Part shown: piece after piece, positions 37,661 to 50,866 of the stretch | How the letters are laid out: every line of letters starts with the position of its first letter | Numbering within the stretch: position 1 is the stretch's first letter | NCBI RefSeq assembly: GCF_044704955.1 | Contig: NC_091978.1 | Location: forward strand, 272,366,001-272,430,000 | Origin: Pristiophorus japonicus | Taxonomy: Eukaryota | DNA length: 64,000 nt | Direction of reading: 5' to 3' | Made by a program: the position numbers and the translations under genes | The notes under the pieces: model-generated | The model's input: the letters and a program-made list of their open reading frames with translations, nothing else | Told to the model about the DNA's origin: nothing | Databases searched by the model: none

Positions 37661-38439
37661 ATGATGCTCCAGCCACCATGGTGTGGGACAGGTTTGATGG
37701 AGCAGTTGGTCTTTTCCTACTCATCAATTTTGTATGTTCATATGTTCATTCCTCTACTAGCTCCAAAGTGACACCTGAGAGGTGATATATTTTATAATTA
37801 GTGGGAGCACCACAAAGGGTCTGCCAATAAATCTATCTCATTCATTGATGGGCCAAAAAATAAATCAGACCCAAAAATAGCTAGCTTTAACCTGTCATAT
37901 TATTACATAATTGGAAAATATTCCATTTGGATGCAAATTCATCCATCAAGGATTTACTTTCCTTTGTATAAAACAGCATTACAAAAGGCATAAGGCAAAT
38001 AGGACATGGTTGAATTTGCTTCTGAAGCCACCACAGTTTATATTGGCTGCAGTGAAGTCAAAACCTGTATTTTCTGCTGCAACTCTCCAAAAGATTATTT
38101 TGTTTAAATTAGTTGTTTGCAATCATTTACAGTAGAAAACAATAGTAAATCATATTGTTTATCTGAATCCAGCTTGCCACTACAAATGAGATATTAAAAA
38201 AAATTCAAAATTTGAATTAAGGCAGACATTTATTTTTGGGGGAAGAAAATAGATCACAAGTGAAAATCGAGCAATAACAAATTTACAGGCCATTTTATAT
38301 GCCACCCATTTTCTTGTTCATGACAGTTAATGAGAAAGTGAATTGGGCAGGGTATAAAATGGGCTACCGACTGACTATTGCCCATTTTGTGCCATTGCCT
38401 AAGTCAAATTTCCCGCCCAAGGTCTGCTAGCTAAGACAA

Positions 38440-38600
38440 TATCTGAGCGATCCATATCAGTAAAGTCCTAGTTCAATCACTGTTCTGTGCTGAGTTCATT
38501 GATTCTGGTGGGATGATGGTAGGGATGTTACAAATTACCTCAAATTTTGAATTAGGGTGGGTTCCCACTCCTGACAGCCATCCAGTAACCCCATTAAACC
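38440..38600 (+). mobile_element. Degenerate SINE-like fragment
   Basis: GTCCTAGTTCAATCACTGTTCTGTGCTGAGTT is similar to the reverse complement of ~49030-49090. Confidence 0.4.
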
Positions 38601-38811
38601 CATCTCCTTCACCCTATCATTTAAGTCAAGGGTCCATTTAGCCCTCTTCACCCCTATACGTATGTTGCTGTAGATACGGTGTCCATTTAATCCCAAATGA
38701 ATAAGAAATGTGACATTACTCTTTCATTGATTAAAATTAGACCACCTTTGTTGTGTGTGGTGAGAGCCTATTGCACAAGTTAATACCTCTAATGCCTTGA
38801 AATTGTACTCA

Positions 38812-39411
38812 AGCCCCAATTTTAACCTGGGACGAGAGGCAAAGAAGGGGTCGGCACCCTCACTCGCCGGAATTTGGCCCAGGCCATTTTAACTCCCAGG
38901 CCTCATTAACATACCCCAGCTCTCACCCGACCCCAGCATGACTGGCAAAGGGTCAATGAGCTGGAGTGGACAAAACGTACGAGGGATCTGTGAGAATAGG
39001 TCGCAACAGTCCATTAAGTGGGTCAGGAGGGGATTGGGAAGTAATTGCAGTCAGGGAGACAGGATAGCTCAGGGTAGGGGAGGCACGCCTGCTCCTCTTG
39101 GCCCTCAGAGAAACATTCAGAAAATTAAAAATTTGTACTTACCTGGGCCTCTTCTCGCCCTGGAGCTTTCTCACACCTGCTTCCCTGGGTCTGATCCAAT
39201 GTTAAAATGTCGGTGCCTGAATGATGTCAACTGTCCCTGACTTTTGCACGTCAATAAGGCCCTCGCCTGCCTGGGGTGAGGGCCTTGCACGCTGCCCAAA
39301 ACCCACCTGCTAAAATGGCACGGGCAGAAGTATGGTGAGTTCCTTGCTGCTGAAATTTTAAACCCCTGTGCATTTCGTTCTCGCCAAGTGCGGAAGGTTA
39401 AAATTGGCCCT
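38812..39411. mobile_element. Harbinger-type MITE (~600 bp)
   Basis: TIR CCAATTTTAACC / GGTTAAAATTGG. Confidence 0.75.
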
Positions 39412-39737
39412 TTAATGTATTTGTATGAAATACCTTTGTCTGCTGTTTTAACATTAGCATTGAAATGTTTATTTTAAATGGGTCAATGTTTCTGTTAAAG
39501 TACACTAATATTCAGATACTTTACTTCTTCAAACTATGGTTTGAGGTAGTTACTCTTCAAGTCCAAGTTTTTTTCCTTATAGTTATGCTTCCTAGTTCTC
39601 CCTTTCTGGTTCAACACAAAAAAAATTTTCACATTCACCTTACCAATTTATGATTTAAAGACAAGTAACACCTTAGCCTCCATTTTCAGGAAGAATTAAT
39701 TTATGTCACAGTTTCTCTTAGCAGCTGATTCAACAGA

Positions 39738-40107
39738 TATGGTGATGTGATGGTTATGGAATGGAAATAGCAATCTAGAGGTTGAATGTTCAAATCCCAA
39801 TAGGGCAAGTTGTAAAACTAATTTCAATAAATCTGATAATTTGTGGGCTAGCACCAGAAAAGTGAACATGAAAGCTCCCAGCCTGTCATTAATTCCCATT
39901 TGGTTCATTAATGTCATTCAGAAAAAGGAGCCTGCCATCCTACCCAATGTGAGCCATTGAGTGCTGACTCTCAATACCCTCAGAAATGGCCTAGAAAGCA
40001 AATCAGTTGTTTAAAAAATTCCACAAAACACAATCAGGGTAACTAATGATGAGCAGTAAAAGTAGTTTTGCTGTGTCACAAATATCCCGAGAACAAATTA
40101 AAAAAAA
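39738..40107 (+). mobile_element. tRNA-derived SINE with LINE-derived A-rich tail
   Basis: B-box-like GTTCAAATCC at ~39788; tail resembles 1988-2057 and the reverse complement of 61973-62050. Confidence 0.55.
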
Positions 40108-40904
40108 CCTTCTAACAAGTATTTAAACACTAAAATGCAGCAACAGCAGCAAGAATTTTATATAACTACCTAATGTCATATTTATTAAGCCAATATAATA
40201 TGTCAAATTATTTTCAATTTCAGGGACTGATATTATTCCTTGTTTGCAAAATTCAACTAAATAATGAATGAATGTGTTAAAAAATATGCTTTGTAAAACA
40301 ACAGGAAGTAATCCATCAACAGCACATGAGCAATGAAGATCGGATTACCTATTCAATATCCAGCATGCTGATTCATCAAGAGGAAAATTTCAATCTCTTT
40401 GAAATAACTTTACCAAGAGACAAAAATAAGCTGAACAATCCCTCTTCATTCCTTGTTTATGATCAGTTGAATAAAATTAAGCCGAACTGAACAGACATAG
40501 GATATCGTGTTCACATAGTACAGTAGAACCTCAGACTAAGAGACATACTACAACTGGAACATTGTTCAACTCTAAATGAAAGTAACTCTGAAATGTCAGA
40601 GCTTTTAAATGTAAAGCTAAAATTACAAAAACAATTGACAGGAGCAAAATTCTCAATTTTATTTCTGTAATATTACATGCTGTTAGCAACAGTAATGAAC
40701 ACTTATCAAGGAAACATGTTACATACTGTAACAAATGTACAATAAAGTAACTTTAGACATACTGTAAAAGTTTAAGATGAATTAAAAATATGAGGAGAGT
40801 GAAATCTGATTTCAACGGTAGCGTAACACATACAAAAGTTGGGGATGGTTAATATCATTCAGATACGGACATTATTTTAACCCCAGGGCAAGCATCTCAA
40901 GGGT

Positions 40905-41557
40905 TGCTTCCAACCCCATATCCGCTCCATTATCAAGACCACCTACTTCCACCTCCAGAACATCACCTGTCTCTGCCCCTGCCTCAGCTCATCTCCTACT
41001 GAAACACTGATCCATGCCTTTGTTACCTCGAGGCTTGACTATTTCAATGCTCTCCTGGCTGGCTTCCCATCCTTCACCCTCTGTAAATCTGAGCTCATCA
41101 AAAACTCTGGTGCCCATATCTTAGCTCGCACCAAGTCCCGTTCACCCTTCCTCCCTGTGTTCATGGACCTACACTGGCTTCCGATCCAGCAGTGCATTGA
41201 TTTATAAATTTTCATCCTCATTTTCAATTCCTCTATGATTGCACCCCTCCACATCTCTGCACTCCTCCAATTCTGGCCTCTTGCGCATCACTGATTTTAA
41301 TCACTCCACCATTGGCGGCCGTGCCTTCAGCTCCCTAGGCCCTAAGCTGTGGAATTTGTTCCCCAAGTCTCTCCACCTCTGTACCTCTCTCCTCTCCTTT
41401 AAGACGCTCCTTAAAACCTACCTCTTTGACCAAGCTTTTGGTCATCTGTCCCAATAGCTCATGTGGCTCGGTGTCAAATTTTGCTCGATAATGCTCCTGT
41501 GAAATACCGTGGGACACTTTACTACATTAAAGGCGCTATATAAATACAAGTTGTTGC
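40905..41557 (+). mobile_element. L2 LINE 3' fragment
   Basis: YFHLQNI..ETLIHAFVTSRLDYFNALL..LHWLP..STIGGRAFS..FKTLLKTYLF; tail GCTATATAAATACAAGTTGTTG. Confidence 0.92.
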
Positions 41558-42321
41558 TGATATTGATAAATCACACAAGTTTCACTCTCATGGTTTAGGA
41601 AATCATTGCTATGTTATACCTTATAACCTTATAATATACCCCATACCCCAAGCAATTTGCTATTTTCCATTTACATGACTTCACTAAACAGTAATGTATC
41701 TGACTAGATAAACGTGCATAGCAAAGAAGTTTTTTTAAAAAAGATTCCTCATGCATGTGTGAATAATTTGCATACTTAGAAAATACCTAGTTACACACTT
41801 TGAAAAGTATACTATTGGCTTGTATGCTGCTCAAGTCTTTCTAAATTTGGATATGCTGTAGAGAGACAATTAATAAATTAGTCAAATCTCTGTAGCATAC
41901 AAATAGAGATACAACGCTCCACTTCTTTTAGGCTGCCCATAGCTGAATTGTCACCAATGCGTGCATAATATAACCTGAGAGCTCCAATAGCTAAGATGTA
42001 CTGGAGGATTCCTTGAGTATTCCACAATATTAAATAACTTCATTTCAAAGATTGAGAATTAATACATAACGGCCCAATTTTACATGGCATCGGTGCATGT
42101 TCAAACTTAGTATGCACGGACCTCTGTAATCATGCCTGGGCAACCAAATTTGAATTTGACGGGTTTAAGGTTCACAAAGTTTTATTTGTTAACTTGTCAG
42201 TTCTAGCCCCTTTACTAAGGTGGCACTCGGCTTTATAATTTAATTAAAATAGTTATAATCATGCCTGACGACACAGATGTGAAAAACAAATGGGGTTTGG
42301 ATGCATCTGCTCCACTTTATC

Positions 42322-43547
42322 TCATAAGAAATTGGAGCAGTAGTCCATATGGCCCCACGCACCTGCTTCGCCATTCAATAAGATCATGGCTGATCATCAA
42401 CTTCAACTCCACTTTCCAGTCTAATCACTATATCTCTTGATTCCCCTAGACTCCAAAAATCTTTCTATCTCAGCCTTGAATGTATTCAGAAACTGAGCAT
42501 CCACAGCTCTCTGGGACAGAGAATTCCAAAGATTCACAACCCTCTGCGTGAAGAAATTCCTCCTCATCTCTGTCTTAAATGGCCTACCTCTTATCCGGAG
42601 GCTGTGCCCACTAGTTCTAGACACTCCAGCTGGGGGAAACAACCTCTCAGCATCTACCCTGTCAATTCTCTTCAGAATCTTGTATATTTCAATGAAATCA
42701 CCTCTTATTCTTCTAAACTCCAGAGAGTATAGGCCCATTCTACACAATCTCTCATCATAAGACAGCCCTCTCATCCAAGGAATCAATCTAGTGAACCTTC
42801 GTTGCACTGCCTCCAAGGCAAGTATATCCTTCCTTCGATAAGGAGACCAAAACTGTGCACAGTACTCCAGGTGTGGTCTCACCAAGGTCCTGTACAATTG
42901 CACCAAGACTCCCTTACTTTTATACTCCAACACCCTTGCAATAAAGGCCAACATGCCATTTGCCTTCCTTATTGCTTGCAGTACCTGCATGCTAGCTTTC
43001 TGTGTTTCTTGCACAAGGACACCCAAATCTCTCTGAACACCAACATTTAAAGGTTTCTCCATTTAAAAAAAATTCTGTTTTTCTATTCTTCCTACCAAAG
43101 TGAATAACCTCACGTTTTCCTACATTATACTCCATCTGCCACCTTACTGCCCATTCACTTAGTCTATATATCCCTTTGCAGACACTGTATTCCCTTCACA
43201 GCTTACTGTCCCACCTAGCTTTGTATCATCAGCAAACTTGGACATATTACACTCAGTCCCGTCATCTAGGTCATTAATATAGATTGTAAATAGCTGAGGC
43301 CTCAACACTTACCCTTGCCGCACCCCACTAATTACAGCCTGCCAACCTGAAAAAGACCCATTTATCTCTACTCTCTGTTTACTGTCCATTAACCAATCCG
43401 CTTTCCATGCTAATACATTACTTCCAATCCCATAATCCCTTATTTGTGTAATAACCTTTTATGTGGCGCCTTATTGAATGCCTTTTGAAAATCCAAATAT
43501 ACTACATCCACTGGTTCCCTTTTGTCTATCCTGCAAGTTACATCCTC
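42322..43547 (-). mobile_element. 5'-truncated CR1 LINE
   Basis: ORF 42421-43062 (QRDLGVLV..LVRPHLEYC..FFTQRVVNLWN) plus upstream RT motifs. Confidence 0.94.
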
Positions 43548-45450
43548 TCCTCCTGCTCGGTCATCTACCATGTTAACAGCTAATGATCTTTAACTAGCCA
43601 CTAAGTGATGCTGTACATTGGACACCTGGACCTAGAAATTAATCTGGGCCTGTTTAGACTCCTATGGAGTCAGAGCAACACCACTGCTCCTCCTGGCTCA
43701 ACATTAACCATATTTTTCTAAACAAGTTGAATGAAGATGCAGCAGTTGTATCTTCACCAAAAGTTTAATCAGTTATTCAGTTCTTAAGATATAAATTAGT
43801 TGTATGGAATTTGTAAATCGAATTCACTACTACTTTTGCAATATTGGCATTAGCATCAGAAGGTCTGGGCCATCGGTGTGGCAATCCCTACCAGCACTAG
43901 TATGCTTCTATATATTACTATGTAGTACATGCACAGTATGTTTATAATTCAATTGGAACTTCACATTACTGCAGTTAGAGTCACATGGTTCACTGCCAGA
44001 GGTGTGCTGTCCATCTGAACCAAGACTTATTTAACTTAACTTTAATACTGAATTATAACATTTCTACAATAGTTTCATAAAAAGTTTGAGAAACAGAAAC
44101 AAAAATACTCCAAATAGCTTTCTACCGGCTAATCATCAACAAATTAATGTAAACCAATCTGGGACCTTTATTACACATTCTAGACAAGAGGGTCTTCAGA
44201 AGGTTAAGGTGCAAATGAGCTTTCGTAAATTGATGACATCTGCCTTCTTCAATTTGTTTAACTCCTTAATTTTAACCACATAGCAGCAGAAATGAGTCAA
44301 ATAGAACAGTGAATAACATTTATGGTTTGATTTTAATCAACCCTAGTACAGATAAACAAGGATTATTGTTTGGGTCAGCAGAAAAACAAAACTATGCTGA
44401 CAATCGTAATGTTATCTGATGAAGGTGTGTTATAAATTTAGATTTTATCTTTTTCAAATGAATGTTTTTCTATTTTGCTTATATCTAAGATGACTTTGAC
44501 CATATTACTGTGCCTCTTTAGGACTCTTGTGTTGCTGTTCTGCTGTGAAAACATTCTTCGCTGGTGGCTTTCATTATACATTAAATACACCTTCTTCCAG
44601 ATAGTTGTTTGAAAATTTTAATAGTTCTATTGACGTTTCAACTGCTTCTGAGTTCATTGTCAGGTGCTTCAATAACACATTCTGACTCAGTTTCAAAAGT
44701 CCTCAGTCGCTTGGTTTGAAAGCTTTTAATCAAAGACAGAAGAAACTCTATGCTAAATGGACCATTCAGTTGTATGATCGTTACCCTCGTCATTGCTTGG
44801 ATGCACTTATCAAATGAGACTTACTACTGTGCTTTTTAAGTCAATGACCAAACTAACCCATTCAGCACACTTCAGGTTAATTGATTTTTCAAATTTTTTA
44901 AATCACATGCAAAGTTAAAACAAGTATAAAGAAGAACATAAAATATTGACGTGAAAAGAAGCCTAATTAGTTTGCCTCCTTAAGCCCCAAAACAGTACTC
45001 TCTGATAAGTGTCTTGGTACAAGCCACTGTAACTCAATTCCTTATTGAAACAGGAATTTGTCCATTCCATTTTTGAAAGCTACAGTACAGAACAGATGTT
45101 GGGTACACTATCCTTTCCTCAGAGCAGTACTTCGCTTACAATATAACAAATATTCAACGAAGACTGACTTCAAGGACCATCGCAATGTACCTTATTGCAA
45201 GGACTAACCAAGAGCTTGGCTGTGGTTGAGCATTCTCCACAGTATTAGGACTAATTTGGGAGAAATGAAGGTTGTCAATGGACTGTTTCCGAAGCACTTC
45301 ACTGATAAAGACTTGCCAACTGATTCTATATCAGTATTATTCTGTTATAGCTGATAACACGGTCCCTTATTAATATAAATTGGGCTTTATAAGCCATGTC
45401 AATCCACTACAGTTTTTAAAACTTTAACTTAATACAAGGATGTTTATTTC

Positions 45451-45471
45451 TGTGTGTGTGTGTGTGTGTGT
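45451..45471. repeat. (TG)n microsatellite
   Basis: About 10 TG units seen directly. Confidence 0.9.
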
Positions 45472-46120
45472 ACATGAATGTGCACAAGATTGGGGGGGGG
45501 GGGGGGCAGTGAGGGGGATGAAATCAATGGAAAGAAAAATCAGGTGGGTGTGGAGCAGGTGGCTGACCCTTTAATATTAGTTCAATTTTCAAAAGAAAAC
45601 TTGAGTCATACTTACCCCTGTTTAGTTTTTGTTTTCAATAAGCATGATTCATAGCCTGAGATACACAGTCAAATGGACATTTGTGATTCTAACAAAGAGA
45701 GTGCAAGGCAGCTCATATTATATTCCATGAGCTTATGAACCATTTAAGAATTTTTAGTGAAGGGTCTGCCACTCCAAGAAGTATTGAACAGAAGATAAAT
45801 CTATGCAATGTCTTTGTTTGATAGAGTTCTTCGATCAAATATGAGAGATTTCTTTTGATGGTCCTTTGCCTTAGTTCAGGTTTCAAAGCAAAGGAGTAGG
45901 TAGAACTGTTGCCCCATAACTAGGTTTGTAAATTAATCTCCGCTCGCAAGGCATTTGAATGAACTGGGGCTGAGGCTGTTGGGAAATACTCCGTGAATGC
46001 CTGATTTTGTGTACAAACTCTTACTCGCAGGTGTGTCCTACGAATTCTGAAAATGATTGAAGTGTCAAGACATTACTACATAATCGAGACAAAACTGTAT
46101 TTGTCATTTTTATTTGAGAA

Positions 46121-46822
46121 TCTTCTTCGTCTTCTTAGATAGTCCCTCGGAGTCGAGGATGACTTGTTTCCGCAATAAAAATGAGTTCTCAGATGACTGA
46201 TGAGTCTCCGTCACAGGTGAGGCAGACAGTGATTGAAGGGACGGGTGGGTGGGGTGCTTGGGTTGCCGTGCACACCTTCCGCTGTCGATGCTTGGTTTCA
46301 GCTTGCTCCCAGCAATGAGACTCGAGGTGTTCAGCGCCTTCCCGGATGCTTTTCCTCCACTTTGAGCGGTCTTGGGCCAGGGATTCCCAGATGTTGGTGG
46401 GGATGTTGTACTTTTTCCAAGGAGGCTTTGAGGGTCCTTGAAGCATTCCTTCGACCCATCTGGGGCTCGCTTGCCATGTCAAAGCTCCGAGTAGAGCACT
46501 TGTTTTAGGAGTCTTGTGTCAGGCATTGTATTGGGCATGCAGACGATGTGACCCATCCAACAGAGCTGTTCAAGCGTAGTCAATGCTGGGGTTGTTGGCC
46601 TGAGCGAGAACACTGAAGTTGGTGTGCTTATCCTGCCAATGGATTTGCAGGATCTTGTGGAGGCAGCATTGGTGCTACTTCTCCAGTGTTTTGAGGTGCC
46701 TGCTGTACATAGTCCGTGTCTCTGAAGCATATAGGTGGGCGAGAATCATTACTGCTCTGTAGACCATGGGCTTGGTGCCAGGTTTGAGGTCCTGGTCTTC
46801 GAACACTCTCTTCCTCAGGCGT
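46121..46822 (-). mobile_element. RTE LINE 3' fragment (diverged subfamily with GAA-type tail)
   Basis: LKQVLYSEL, WESLAQDRSKWRKSIREG; homologous to the other RTE copies. Confidence 0.9.
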
Positions 46823-47486
46823 AAATCAAGCTTAACAAAAATGCAAGCTTAGAACTTTCATCTTTGTCCATTTCAGGCTCACAACAAATTCTATGATGTT
46901 GAGCTTTGCAACAAAATTATGAGATGGAACAAGCTGCTTCTGAAACACAAAAACCAGGGCTTTCCTGGTCTCTTTATCTATTTTGTAAATCAAACTATTC
47001 ATTCTTTAGTTAGTTATTCAATATAGTCATCCAATGCTGTATTCTTCAGTTTTTAACTTTAATAGAAGCTGAGAATTTTCCAAAAAGCCTTATCCTATAC
47101 TGCAAGTTAAAAATAAAAACAATGTAAATATTGTCAATTTATTTTCATACAGCTAGGGACATACTCTCATTAAAAATGTACAAATTCAGTCTTCTCTTTC
47201 TCAGCAGTTGGCCAGTGTTGTCTTTGAACAGGAAGTGATCTACGACTCGAAAGCTCCATCAAGATTAGAAGTCTAGTTGTTTCTACAGAAGCATTGGAAC
47301 AATTAGCTGATGCAGCACATCCATTTAAGCCATGAAATCCAAACAGCCACTCATTTACTAATCTATAGGTCTCAGCACAGGATGACATAGTTTTATGCTT
47401 ACTGGGTTTTTATTCGTCTCCTGACAGACCTTCACCCTCTCCCAACTCTGAAACACACAATAATTAGCAAAAAAGCAATAGATTCA

Positions 47487-48091
47487 GGGCCCGAATTTGG
47501 CCAACGCCTCCGCCCGCCCAAGTGCCGCCGATGGCCCTGACGGTACTTTCGGCGGGATATTCATGAAGAAGGTCCCTCGAAGGTTGGCGGGCAGCAAATG
47601 AGGGACTTACGCAGTCTATCTGCGTGGCAGCCGGCGGGAGCTCCCATTCTTGGTGGCAGAGGCGTTTGCCGCCCAAGTGCCGCCGAAGATGGTGTCGGGC
47701 CCACGGAGGGTCGAAGACCTAAAAATAAAAATCAGTAACAAAAAAATTTAAAAAACTATCGGAAGACCTTCAGGGGACCCCATCAAGGTAAGTCACTGTT
47801 CACTAACCTTTTTTCAACTAGCTTCATACTTACTGTCGGGGACAGACCAGCCTCCTTGCAGCAGTCCACCCCCGTTCTGCCGCCGACTCCCGCCCACATC
47901 AATATGGGAGCTCGGCAGGCGGGAGGTCAGTTGCACCACTCAGCCGTCCGCTGACATCAGCGGGCAGTTCCCGGCGGCTCTCCCCTCCCACCCGCTCCAG
48001 TCCACCTCCAAACTGGCACTCGGCGGATCTGCAACAGTAGTGTCAGTGGCAGTGGGCAGCAGCGAGCGGTGAGTTGATGAATTTCGGCCCC
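47487..48091. mobile_element. Non-autonomous Harbinger-type MITE, family A, with 3-bp TSD TCA
   Basis: TCA|GGGCCCGAATTT ... AATTTCGGCCCC|TCA; colinear with 20604-21212. Confidence 0.9.
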
Positions 48092-48492
48092 TCAGACCTC
48101 TGTTGCCATACTTGGCTCACTGTGCAACTGATACTGTTTTGTAGTCTGTATTGCAAAACTGGCTCCACTTCTGAGGCGTCACACTAACATTGTTCAAAAA
48201 CAATGTACACTAAAGTCTGGAAACAGTTTGTGCTGCTACCTTCATATGGCTAACAGCTGTGCACGTAATAATTTATTGAATAATTTAAATTCCCTGGCTG
48301 AGGTGAATTCTTTCAGGAAAGTATGTTACAGTTTGATAAGTCACCATTGTTCATAAAGTACTTCATGTTTATTTTTTTTTAAACAGCTGGTTAGTGTAAT
48401 TCCTGTTTTCATACCTTGTTGTTTTATATCTACCCAGTCATTTCGCCCCTCCCCACTAATTTCCCTCCTTTCTTTTCCCCTTTTAAAAAAGG

Positions 48493-48782
48493 AAAGACTT
48501 GCATTTATATAGCATTAGTCACAACCACTAGACACCCCAAAGCATATTACAGTAGGAAACGCGACAGCCAATTTGTGCACAGCAAGCTGCCACAATCAGC
48601 AATGTGATAATGACCAGATAATCTGATTTTAGTGTTGTTTATTGAGATAAATATTGGCTAGGACACCCGGGACAACTCCCCTGCTTATCTTCGAAATAGT
48701 ACCATATGATCTTTTACGTCCACCTGAGAGAGCAGATGGAGCCTCGGTTTAATGTCTCATTCGTAAGATGGCACCTTCAACA
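48493..48782 (-). mobile_element. Deu-domain SINE (SacSINE1/AmnSINE1-like) with L2-type tail
   Basis: Reverse complement ATGAGACATTAAACCGAGG..GGACGTAAAAGATC..GGGGAGTT..TGTCCTAGCCAATATTTAT resembles the Deu domain (from recall); tail CTATATAAATGCAAGT. Confidence 0.75.
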
Positions 48783-48789
48783 TTGGCTC

Positions 48790-49140
48790 CTTGCTAAGAT
48801 ACGATTTCACAGTCCTAGATGCTCTTTGGTACCTTCCCAAGTGGTCACTTTTCACTTGTGAGGCTATTCAGTGAGTGTTGGCAAGCTATTCTATCACAGA
48901 GGGCATCACAGCAAAAATCCAATCGAGTCCTTATCTGACATCCATACACATGCACTTGAATCAGGATCCACTGGCAATGGACCAATTTTCTTGGCAAATA
49001 TTCCCATATCTAACCATTGTAATGCCCCATATCCTGGTTGAGGTAAGCTAACTCAGCACAGGCTAGTGATCAAACAAGGGACCTTCCTCAACTCAGCAAC
49101 TCACTATTTCAATGGATTGAATCACCAAGGACCCCTATTC
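48790..49140 (-). mobile_element. Degenerate SINE-like element
   Basis: Reverse complement AGGAAGGTCCCTTGTTTGATCACTAGCCTGTGCTGAGTTAGCT is shared with 38440-38600. Confidence 0.4.
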
Positions 49141-49683
49141 ATACTGGTTACAAATAATCAATTTACAAATCTTATAAGATGTAAAATAATCAGGCTAAAA
49201 AGGAAAAGCTGCCCAAATTAGTCACATTTTGTTTTGATTATGAGATTCCAGGGAGTAGTATATCGTCTTCACCACCAGGCGGATGCTTATTCCATTGAAA
49301 TCCTTTATCTTGTCTGCAGAAGGTGAAAATGACTGATTATTTAAATGAAAAGTAGTGAGTGGAATTTATATCAAAGATTTAGCATCCAATGTTGAAACTC
49401 TCAAGAGGACATCAGCTCTATTTCAGCATCTTCCACAAGATTGCTTCACAAAAGGAGCCAACTAAAATTCACACGAGGATAAATTATGATTTCTCTCATC
49501 AACCAACTTCACACACACCTTGAGACTGCAGGAAAGAATGAGGGCATTGACTATGTTAGTGGTGTTGTGCAATTTCCCTTACACCACCTGAAAAATGTCA
49601 TAATATTCATGCCTCACAATATCAGGTAGCCCAAGTAAAATTTGCCAAACAGGCTGACAATAATCAATCTGTTGTAATAAAGA

Positions 49684-49931
49684 AAGAACTTGCATTTATA
49701 TGGTGTTATTTACATCCTCAAGACATCCGAACACACTTCACAGCCAAGGAATTACTTTTGATATGTAGTGACTTTTGTTTTGTAGGCAAATGCAGGAGTC
49801 AATTTGGACAAAACAAGCTCCCACGAACAACAAATTCAATGAATCTGTTTTGGTGGTGCTGGTTGAGAAATAAATATTGGCCAGGCAACTGGGAGAACTG
49901 CTGTATTCTTCATGTTGTCCCAAACGATCCT
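49684..49931 (-). mobile_element. Second Deu-domain SINE copy, abutting a MITE
   Basis: Colinear with 48493-48710 (ACTTGCATTTATAT..ATAAATATTGGCCAGG). Confidence 0.7.
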
Positions 49932-49933
49932 TT

Positions 49934-50573
49934 GGACTGGATTTTCGGCTTTGATGTTTTTGGGGCAATAATGGCAGCGGGCAGGAAAGTTAGCACCCGG
50001 GAATAGTTTGCGCCTCAGTAATTAAGTTTGGGCAGCTGGGCCCTGCACCAGGGGGTGCAACGCTAAGGGAGGCGCTGTACACCTCTCCTGGGCGTTAGCA
50101 TGGGAAACTTCCGAGCTAAAGAGCTGAGCCGGGAGCACTCCGAGACACACCTGGGGGGGGCGGTGAAACCTAAAAGAAAACAAAAATATTCCCAAAACAT
50201 TGCCCATGCCACCACAGCACAAATCACGAAAAGAATTAATAGAAAATAAACAATCACACTTACCTTAAGAGTCCATTAGTCAGCTCTCCGCTGACTGGAG
50301 GGTTGGACCGCGCTGATTTCCCAGGTAGTCAGTGCAAGGCACGCTTTCCGGCAGACAGGTCAGGCAGTCAAAACTCATGCCACCGACGCAACCCGGGCCG
50401 TTGCACACTGGGTGCAGCTCTTCCAGGCGGTGCTGCTTCGTGCACCGCAAAACTGGACCCGAGGATCGCTGCAGGGCGCTAGAGGCTGACCGCCCGACCA
50501 AAACACATCACCGCTGCCACTGCCGCCACTCCGGGGCGAAAAACGTAGCGGAGAAGCCCCGAAAATCTAACCC
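49934..50573. mobile_element. Harbinger-type MITE (~640 bp, GC-rich)
   Basis: TIR GGACTGGATTTTCGG / CCGAAAATCTAACCC. Confidence 0.72.
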
Positions 50574-50866
50574 AAGATGCCCATTCTTCAACCAGTCACC
50601 CTTTTCCATGAATCACCATTCAAATCTCCTCAAATTTACTACTGGCCAACTGATAATTTATCAATGATCTTCCCTCAATTATAAAGTGGGGATGGTCACT
50701 GATGATGGCACAGTGTTCAGTTCCATTCACAACTCCTCAGATAATAAAACAGTACATGCCTGCATGCAGCAAGACTTGGACAACATTCAGGTTTGGGCTG
50801 AGAAGTGGCAAGTAATATTCATACCACACAAGTGTCAGGCAATGACTATCTTGAACAAGAGAAAGT

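Larger units (their letters stand above)
34700..37748 (+). mobile_element. Old, diverged CR1-like LINE hosting younger insertions
   Basis: NYRP, IYLNFQKAFD, WIRNWL, GVLQESVL pieces at 34740-35800 and its own tail at ~37670-37748. Confidence 0.65.
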
